A program made the translations under genes and the position numbers. Below, in pieces: positions 54,775 through 64,000 of a stretch of 64,000 bases of DNA. Source of the DNA: the human T2T-CHM13v2.0 reference genome, Homo sapiens; assembly GCF_009914755.1 (NCBI RefSeq), contig NC_060929.1. The stretch is one strand, 5' to 3'. A model generated the notes under the pieces. It did no database searches and had not been told where the DNA came from. It was given only the letters and a program-made list of their open reading frames with translations. Each line of letters starts with the position of its first letter. Position 1 is the stretch's first letter.

Positions 54775-55440
54775 AAACAACCCAAAGAAAAAATTCACAA
54801 AGTATCTGAACTGACATTTCCCCAAATAAGATAGCTGAATGAGTGATAAAACTATGTAAAGATGTTCATCATCATTGATCAGGGAAATAAAAATTAAAAC
54901 CACTATGAGATATTACTTCACACCCGCTTGAATGGCTAGAATTTAAAAAGCCAGACAATAAGTATTGGTAAGGAAATGCAGCAATTGAAATCCTTAGTCA
55001 ATTAAGGATTGCAGCCATTTTGTAACACAGTCTGACAGTCTCAAACAATTAAACATAGAGTTACTACATAAAACAGCAAGTACGCTTCAAGGTAAATGTC
55101 CCAAATAATTGAAAACATATGTCCTTGCAACAACTTATACATGAATGTTTATAACAGCATTTTTCATAAAAGCTAAGTGGGGAAATAACCCCTGTCCATC
55201 AAGTGATGAATGGATAAGCAAAATATGAATATACCTGTGAGAAATACAAATTAAGTTCTAAGCCTACAACTGACTGAATGGACCCCATTTTGGCCAAGGG
55301 GACGCTGAGTTCACTGCCATAATGAGATGGGAAGTTCACCTTATTATACCTCCTCCCTCACTAAGCATCATTAGTCTTTCTTCCCTAAGTGCTAAATAGA
55401 AACCAGCCCTTTCAAAAGACTCCACACTGATAGTTTATTA

Positions 55441-56182
55441 TGTCAACGGAAAGAGTCAAACTCAAAAATATTTGAAGATATTTATTCTGAGCCAAATATG
55501 AATGATCGTGGCCCATGACACAGCCCTCAGGAGGTCCTGAGAACACGTGCCCAAAGTGGTCGGGGTGCAGCTTGGTTTTATATATTTTAGGGAAGCATAA
55601 GGAATCAATCAAATATGTTTGAGAAATACATTGGTTTGGTCCAGGGGCTTCCAGGTTATAGGTAAATGCAAACATTTTCTGGTGGACGCTTAGTTACATT
55701 TGTCGAAAGACCTGGAATCAATAGAAAGGAAATGTTGAGGGTAAGAAAAAGATTGTGGAGACCAAGGTTCTTTTGAAGTCTCATAGTGGCTGCCCTTAGA
55801 GACAATAGACGACAAATATTTCCTGTTGAGACTTTTAAAAGGTGCTAGGCTCTCAGTTAATCTCTTCAGGATTGGGAGGGCTTGTAAGAAATAGAACTGG
55901 TTATGTTAATAGAGATTCTTTACAAATGCAAATTTACCCCCCAAAAGGATGGCTTTGCAGGGCCATTTCAAAATATGGCAAAGAAACATGTTTTGGTATA
56001 AAATAGCTTGCTTTTCTCCTTTGTCATGTAATGTTATGCCAGAATCAGATTGGAAAGTAAGTCACAATATATAGGGTTAAATAAAACCCATCGGATGAGA
56101 ATTTATGGTTTGTAGGGCATGACTCCAGGCCTCTTAGAAAGGAATTTGGGCAAGATAAGATAAAATCAGAGCTTAGTCCTCA
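55441..56182 (-). mobile_element. ERV1 solo LTR (MER4E-like)
   Basis: tgtcaacggaaagagtcaaactc...atcagagcttagtcctca; 4-bp TSD atta. Confidence 0.85.
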
Positions 56183-56761
56183 ATTACTAGCTTATCTTCC
56201 CAGGAACCAAACAAAGATAAAATGAGATTAATCATTTCTTCACTCTCCCAGAGGCCTCTGTTTTTTCTAGTCTCTTTTTCTTCAAATGTTCTCCATCTCT
56301 TATGTAAAATGTAGATTTACTGGGCACTAACTAAAGTCTCAGAAGTGTGTAATCACTCATCTCACTGCTGCTCTATCCTTTTTTAAAATTCTATTTATTT
56401 TTTATTTTTATCTCAATAAGCTTTTGGGGAGCAGGTGGTGTTTGTTTACATGGGTAAGTTCTTTAGTGGCGATTTCTGGGATTTTGGTGCACCTGTTACC
56501 CAAGCAGTGTACACTGAACCCACTGTGTAGTATTTTATCCCTCACACCTGTCCCAACCTTCCTCCCAAGTCCAGAAAGTTCATCGTATTATTCTTATGCC
56601 TTTGCATCCTCATAGCTTAGCTCCCACTTATAAGTAAGAATAGGCTATGTTTGGTTTTCCATTCCTGAGTTACTTCACTTAGAATAATGCTCTCCAGCTC
56701 CATCCAGGTCACTAAGAATGCCATTATTTCATTCCTTTTTATGGCTGAGTATTATTCCATG

Positions 56762-56778
56762 GTGTGTGTATATATATA

Positions 56779-56816
<38 letters not shown>
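56762..56816. repeat. Compound (TG)(TA)(GA) microsatellite
   Basis: Seen directly. Confidence 0.9.
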
Positions 56817-57815
56817 CGCACATTTTCTTTATCCATTCATTGATTGATGGGCATTTGGGCTGGTTCCATATTTTTGCAATTACAAATTGTGCTTTTATAA
56901 ACATGCATGTGCAAGTGTTTTTTTTTCATATAATGACTTCTTTTCCTCTGGGTAGATACCCATTAGTGGGATTGCTGGATCAAATGGTACATCTACTTTT
57001 AGCTCTTTAAGGAATCTCCACACTGTTTTCCATAGTGGCTGTACTAGTTTACGTTCCTACCAGCAGTGTAGAAGTGTTCCCTTTTCAACCACAGCCATGC
57101 CAACATCTATTATTTTTGTATTTTTAAATTATGGCCATTCTTGCAGGTGTAAGGTGGTATTGCATTGTAGTTTTGATTTGCACTTTCTTGATAATTAGTG
57201 ATAATGAGCATTTTTTTCATACGTTTGTTGGCCATTTGTATATCGTCTTTCGAGAATTGTCTATTCATGCTCTTAGCCCACTTTCTGATGGGATTATTTA
57301 TTTTCTCCTTGCTGGTTTGTTTGAGTTCCTTGAAGATTCTGGATATCAGTCATTTGTCAGATGCATAGTTAGTGAAGATTTTCTTCCATTCTGTGGGTTG
57401 TCTGTTTACACTGCTGACTATTTATTTTGCTGTGCAGCACCTTCTTAGTTTAATTAAGTCTTATATATTTATCTTTGCTTTTGTCACATTTGATTTTGGG
57501 TTCTTGGTCATGAAGTCTTTTCCTAAGCCAATGTTTAGAAGGGTTTTTTCAATGCTGTCTTCTAGAATTTTATGGTTTCAGGTCTTAGATTTAAGTCTTT
57601 GATCCATCTGGAGTTGATTTTTACATAAGGTGAGAGATGAGGATCCAGTTTCATTTTTTTACCTGTGGCTTACCAATTATCCCAGCACCATTTGTTGAAT
57701 AGTACGTCCTTTCCCCACTTGATGTTTTTGTTTGCTTTGTCAAAGATCAGTTTGCTGTTAAGTATTTGGCTTAATTTCTGGGTTCTCTATTCTGTTCCAT
57801 TGGTCTATGTTCCTA

Positions 57816-58115
57816 TTTTTTTTTTTTTTTTTCTTGAGACGGAGTCCCACTCTGTCGCCCAGGCTCGAGTGCAGTGGCGCAATCTTGACTCAATGAAACC
57901 TTCACCTCCCGTGTTCAAGCAATTCTCATGCCTCAGCTTCCTGAGTAGATGGAATTACAGGCGCCCCCCACCACACCAGGCTAATTTTTGTATTTTTAGT
58001 AGGGACAGGGTTTCACCATGTTGATCAAGCTGGTCTCGAACTCCTGACATCGTGATCCCCCTACCTTGGACTCCCAAAGTGCTGGGATTACAGGCCTGAG
58101 CCACTGCGCCTGGCC
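57816..58115 (-). mobile_element. AluS (Sg/Sc-like), full length
   Basis: ctcctgacatcgtgatcc; TSD tatgttccta/tatgtgccta. Confidence 0.95.
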
Positions 58116-61100
58116 TATGTGCCTATTTTTTAAACCTGTACCATCCTGTTTTGGAGACTACAGCCATATAATATAGTTTGAAGTCAGGTAATGGAATGCC
58201 TCCAGATTTGTCCTTTTCGCTTTTTTAAGGAAAATGTGTAAATATATTACTAAACTTCCTGAGAACCTCTTTGGAAAAAAACAGCCATAGATGTGTCTGT
58301 AACTTATGTTTTTCCTGGGTACATCCTCCGACTCACTCAAGAAAACCCAATGAGTTGGGAATGATGCCTCAGTCACTCATTTTGATTGCCACACGCAATG
58401 CGATATTATTTGGCCTTGCAAAGGAATGAAGTATTAATATCTACAATAACATGGATAAACCTTGAAAATGCTACGCTAAATAAAAGAAGCTAGTCAAAAA
58501 AGACCACATATTTCATTCCAGTGCAATGCTTAGAACAGGAAACTATATAGAGACAGAAAGTAGATTAGTAATTGCTAGGGGCTGGTGCATATATGTGGGG
58601 ATAGGGGATAATAGCTGAAGTGCACAAGGTTTCTTTTTGCAATGAGGAAAATATTCTAACATTAACTGTGGCGGTATTTTTCCTTATCTGTGAATATACT
58701 AAAAAGATCCTTAACATTTAAATGTACATTTTATATGTTGAAAATTATCTCAATAATGCATTTAAAAATAAGAAGTTACCCCTAAAATGAATTTAAATAC
58801 TGATATATATGATCAGATCAGGTGAATCAGATTTTGCAATCTGACAGAGAAACATGGCTGTTGAGTTACAGAAAGGACTGAAGAAATTGATGTGAAGTGA
58901 GCAAAAGAGAAAATACTTAGGAAATAAGGGTTTTAAAATATGTATTCATAATTTAGGAAAGTGATTAATGTAACGTTTCCCAATAGTAGTGACACATTTT
59001 TATACTAGAAAGCAGGAGATAGTAAAAGGGAATATGGCATGGTAGATTCTCTGAATCCCTAACCAACAGGCAGGGGATGGCTGGAAGTCTGTTTATGCGT
59101 AGGCCTTCCACAGCCAGGGGTTCAAGAAAGAAATTTTATCTTCAGGCAGAAAAAGAAGAAAAGACAAAGCTAGGCAATTTTTTTTTGCAGGAAATACTTA
59201 GTTTTGCAATGTATTCAAATGAGAAATGAAAAGTCAGTCCTCAGGCTAAAATCGAGTTATGCTAATCAAGGGTTTTGTCAGGTGAGAAAAAACCTTAACA
59301 TTTACTGAGTGCTCACTTTGCTTCCTATTGTGCTTACAGAAGAGAAAGGTCAGGCACAGCGATATCAGGTTCCAGAAACTTGCCATCACAATTTGGTAAT
59401 GATAGAGGAAAGAGGGCAAGGAATTAAACAATGTGAGATCTTCTTGTTATAATTAGACGTAAACTAATTAAGATTTACTAGAGGCTAGGGGAAGACTATT
59501 AGGGAGAGAAAGGGATTAGTCAAAGTGGCTTGCTTATAAACCCACTTAAAATATTAGGAATGTATTTTTTTTAAGAAATCACTTTTAAATCATTTATTTC
59601 TCATTATCTCACTATTAAAGTGGTGTCTCTTAATCACTTAATTATAGCTATGTAATTTTTGTATATTTTAGTACTTAAAAACCCTATTGACAATCATGAA
59701 TTGTCCTCAATAATATACAAATGTTTAAATAATTCTGAAATTAAATTTTTGAATCACATTATTGTTGGGAGGAATATATTCATATGATTGATGTATTATC
59801 TGGTGGAAAATAGAATTATTAGAGAATAAGATTTAGTATGGAATTAAAAGTTGTTTTTATTATTTTAATGCAAATAAAATAGTGCTCTGGAACCTGAAAA
59901 TAACCAGTAACTAATGAGGTTTTTTCATTTACAGCTATTTAACATAATATTTTCCACAAAGATTGAGTCAACTAAATGGATCCAGAAGAATCAAATATTA
60001 GCGCTTTAATAATTATTTAGCAGTGTAGTTTAGGTCCCACAAAGATCAGTTGATATTCAAATAAAATCATGACCTGATCTTCCTGATTGTTAGTGTGATT
60101 TATTTTTTCTCACTTACTTAAAGCAAGATAATTCCTCTTGAAAAAAGTCAAGTAATAATTTTGTGTTACAATTCTCACCTAATTTAGATATTCAGAATTT
60201 TGCAAAGATGGTTAGAAAAATGAAAAGTAAAGTTTGCTTCATTTTCAATTGCTTTAATGTCCTAAAGTGTCATATATAAAAAGCATGTGATTATTTTCTG
60301 TGTGTTGTATAAGATAATGATACTTGTGATCTAATATTGTAGAATTTTTTTTAGATGTTTTACCTTTCGGTACCTGAATGATCTTAACTGTTTCTCTAAT
60401 TATCTGGGTGACATAAGACAATTTGATCTTAATTAGGGATTAGAGCTTTCTTCTTATTCATGTCAGTTGTAAACATTATAATTATAAAATTGGTATAGTG
60501 GGGAAGGAAAAATAAAAACTCATTGGTATGATTTAAGGAAAGTAATTTATTCTGGGTTGGTTAAGGTTAGTGTAAAAAAAGACAGAGACATAGGATACAT
60601 AGTAATGTAGATACATGAATATGCAGGGCTAAAAATATTGCTTTGGTACAATTTAAAATAGTGTATTTGAAACATATTTTCTGTTAACAAGAAGAAAAGA
60701 GAAGATTAAAATATATCCCATAGGATATATGATGTAGGCTATTTTATTAAAAATATTGTATCTGAAGGCAGTTATATCTCTGTCCTGTAAAATTGACTTT
60801 CCATGTTTTTACATATTTACATGGATAAGTTTAAAAACAACATAAGACTTCATTGGCGTTTGCATCCTTTTTTTGCATTGTCTAATATATCCATGCTAAT
60901 TCTGGTTGGGGTATTGGCAATATAGTATTATTTTTCATTCTTTCTAATTTTTGGATTCTTTAAAAACTAATCACATATAAAATATTATACTTTATTAAAA
61001 TCTGTTGGGTACAAACTGCACAAAATTTTATATTTGTTCACTGTATCTGCCCTATCTCCATTGACATGTGCTCCTTTAAAAGTATTATATTGAGTAGCAT

Positions 61101-61174
61101 TTTACTTAGTTCAAATGTACAAAAAAGCACAGAGTGAATCGTCAGTATATGAACACAACCATGTATCCTCCACT

Positions 61175-61570
61175 CAAGTTGCCTAAGGTTAGATTCCCCA
61201 GAAACAGAGATGGGCACAGGGATGTGAGTACCCATGGTTATGGGTGAAGTGCTCTTTGGGCAAGTCTGTGAGCAAAAGAGTGAAGCTTGAGAGGGAGTTA
61301 AATACAGACATACCCTCAAGAAAAGTTTAGGCATGGCTGCATCAATAGGAAAAGGCCCCTGGAACATCAACTGCAGCAGTGTTTTCCTCTTTGAAGCAGG
61401 GTAACTGGCCATGAATAACCTGAAAAGGCTTCTTGGTAGGATGGCTCCTTTCATGTAAAGGTTGGTTTCTGGAGAAGAGGTGAAGCGGGCAGCAATAGGA
61501 AGTCAATATTTCCAGCAATTGAGTAACGAGTGGGCCAGGATCTGGGCAGGGCCCTACAATGTCCTCTCCA
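61175..61570 (-). mobile_element. Ancient ERVL-type LTR remnant
   Basis: aggttagattccccagaaacagagatg...agggatgtgagtac resembles the LTR16/LTR40-group end. Confidence 0.45.
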
Positions 61571-62633
61571 GAGGTAAATAAGCAGAATTATTTGAGGGAG
61601 CTGTATTGGGCTTCCTTATATTATATGATCTCAGGGTGTGGGACTTCTTACGTTGCAGTTGCCTCCTCTTAGGGGAGGTGGAAGCTTCACATTTCTTAAA
61701 GGCGTGGTCCTTTATTGGCACAGTATCATTTTCAATGCATTCTATTAATCAAAGAATGTCACAAGGCCTGCCTTAAATCAAGGCAGGAATTATTGCAACC
61801 ATTTTAGATACTATCAGAAATATTAAGCACGGTGTTTATTAAAAATGTTTTGTAGATGATCTTTTATTTTCAGGTGAAAAAGCAAGCACAGCAGTACACT
61901 GATTTGGGTCAAAGAGACCTAGCCCAACCCAAGGTAATATTATCTTCCCTTCCTAATTGTGAATCTTAGCCAACCCCCATGGATTGAATCAAAGGCCTCC
62001 TTCCTTCTTAGGGCTGGGTAGGATAGTGAGCTAACCACCTGTATTCAATGTAGGGATAGAAATTCAATTCTCGTTCCTTGCCAAGATTCCCCAGCATACT
62101 CATACAGGTGCATGTGGCATTTAGTCCCTTCTCTCCTTAAGGAAGCTGATGTTGGGGTAGGGAAGGGTAGAGGGCTCAGGAAATGTACAAGTAAGTGAAC
62201 TCTTTCAGATTCGAATGTCATGGAGGCTGCATGTAGCTTTAACAAATGAAATTCATTCATCCCACCAGAAACTCTGTATCAGGTAGAAAGATAATCATTA
62301 CTGAACTCATCTATTTCAGCTTTGTGGATCCCTTTATTCAATAGTAACATCCACTTTGTTCTCTGGTTGGCCCCTGTATACCCTTTAGCTAACTCAGGCT
62401 CAGCTCACACAGAAGGAGGCATTTTTTAATGACTGCAATTAAAGAAATACACTTTAATTGGGGTTTTTGCTGCCCATTTTTCATACATCTCTTATCTTTT
62501 TCCCAGTTTTATTATGAGGATGAGAGGAGTTTTCCAAAGCAGTAGAGACGACTACAAGTATTTATACAGATATCTTGACTCAATTTCTCCTTCTCCAGTA
62601 GGTAACCTCATCAATATTGTAATTCTAATCTAG

Positions 62634-63074
<441 letters not shown>

Positions 63075-63222
63075 TAAAAGTGTTTTTCTTGTTCTTAAAA
63101 CCATCCACTATGAAATATGTTGGTTGGGTGATATCTTTCACATGTTGATTCAGAAATGGGGTCTCTTCTATCTTAATTCCTATGGCTTAAACAACTGTAA
63201 GTATTATTTCTATCAAGGTAAC

Positions 63223-63567
63223 TGCTACCAAAGTTTGAATATGTTTTCCTTCCAAAACTCATGTTGAAATTTAATTGCCATTGTAACAATATTAAGAGGC
63301 AGGACGTTTAAGAGGTGATTAAGCCATAAGAACTTCACTATTAAGGGTGGGATTGCTGCCATTATTAGAGTGAGTTCAGCCTTTCTTACTCTCTCTTGTC
63401 CCTCTGTCTTCTCTCATGGGATGATTCAGCAGGAAGACCCTCATCAGATGTCAGCTCCTTTATCTTGCACTTCTGAGGCTCCAGAACTGGGAGACAATAC
63501 ATTTCTCTTCATTATAAGTTATCCAGTCTCAGGTAATCTGTGAGACCAGCAAAAACAAACTAAGACA
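63223..63567 (+). mobile_element. MaLR solo LTR (MSTC/MSTD-like)
   Basis: ccaaaactcatgttgaaatttaat...aaactaagaca; TSD gtaac/gtatc. Confidence 0.85.
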
Positions 63568-63790
63568 GTATCCTTGGAAGTCATATCCATTTTAAGGATG
63601 ATAAACACGGAGAATCACACATGGGAGATTTTGATGTGATAAGTCTGCAAGTAGCTGACATAACCTTTACCTTTATTTATTGGCCTAGACTCAGTCATTT
63701 TCCCAAACTATAATTGCAAAGGAGACTGGTAAACATAGTCTAGCTCTATGCACAGGAAGAATAAGCAGATTTGGTTGATCAGACATTGAT
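63568..63790 (-). mobile_element. MLT1-like LTR remnant
   Basis: attggcctagactcagtca...attgcaaaggagactggtaaacatagtctagct. Confidence 0.6.
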
Positions 63791-64000
63791 AGTCAAAGTC
63801 TGGTAACAAATAGCATTTCACCCTTCTTCCTAATCCCAGTGATGGCACTTATTTCCTTTGTCCAATCAAAAGAATAGATTTTGAATGATGCAGGTTGTCT
63901 CTATTCTTTTCAGATACAGAGCTTCTAAGTCTGGTGACCTAAATAACTGAAGAGTTAAATTATGTGCGCTCCCCTACATTTATTCATATATACCCTATTA

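Larger units (their letters stand above)
56379..58220 (-). mobile_element. L1PB (L1PB1-like), 5'-truncated
   Basis: ttttggggagcaggtggtgtttgtttacatgggtaagttctttagtgg 3'UTR; antisense ORF2 to ccagatttgtcctttt. Confidence 0.9.
55236..58393 (+). mobile_element. ERV1 (MER39/MER4-group) LTR in three pieces (55236-55440, 56183-56378, ~58225-58393)
   Basis: ttctaagcctacaactgactgaatggacccc; aatgtagatttactgggcactaac; 3' gatgcctcagtcactcattttgattgccaca. Confidence 0.7.

Noticed and set aside
61038-61454. 138-aa minus-strand ORF
   Set aside because: Overlaps a probable old LTR; no recognisable domain.
61767-61787. 8-bp stem hairpin cctgcctt/aaggcagg
   Set aside because: Expected by chance in 64 kb.

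Overview
AT-rich primate (human-like; an AluY is present) intergenic or deep-intronic DNA made up mostly of decayed transposable elements: L1 of many ages, L2/MIR, Alu, ERV1/ERVK/MaLR solo LTRs, and DNA transposons (MER53, MER85, Tigger2a). I see no protein-coding exon; the supplied ORFs are L1/Alu/LTR remnants or chance ORFs. I found no convincing new biological system. The best oddities are: a full-length U6 snRNA copy fused to the 5' end of an old truncated L1 (U6/L1 chimera, 18037-20696, minus); a piggyBac MER85 missing one terminus inside a near full-length L1MA; a ~110 bp repair-like scar (46556-46667) that copies an LTR/L1 junction 800 bp downstream; an L1PA whose 5'UTR is joined directly to its 3' end; three 5'-inverted L1s; and a ~14 kb old L1 carrying about 13 nested insertions. 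Repeat subfamily names come from my recollection of consensus sequences and need RepeatMasker/Dfam confirmation. Boundaries without a stated TSD are approximate.
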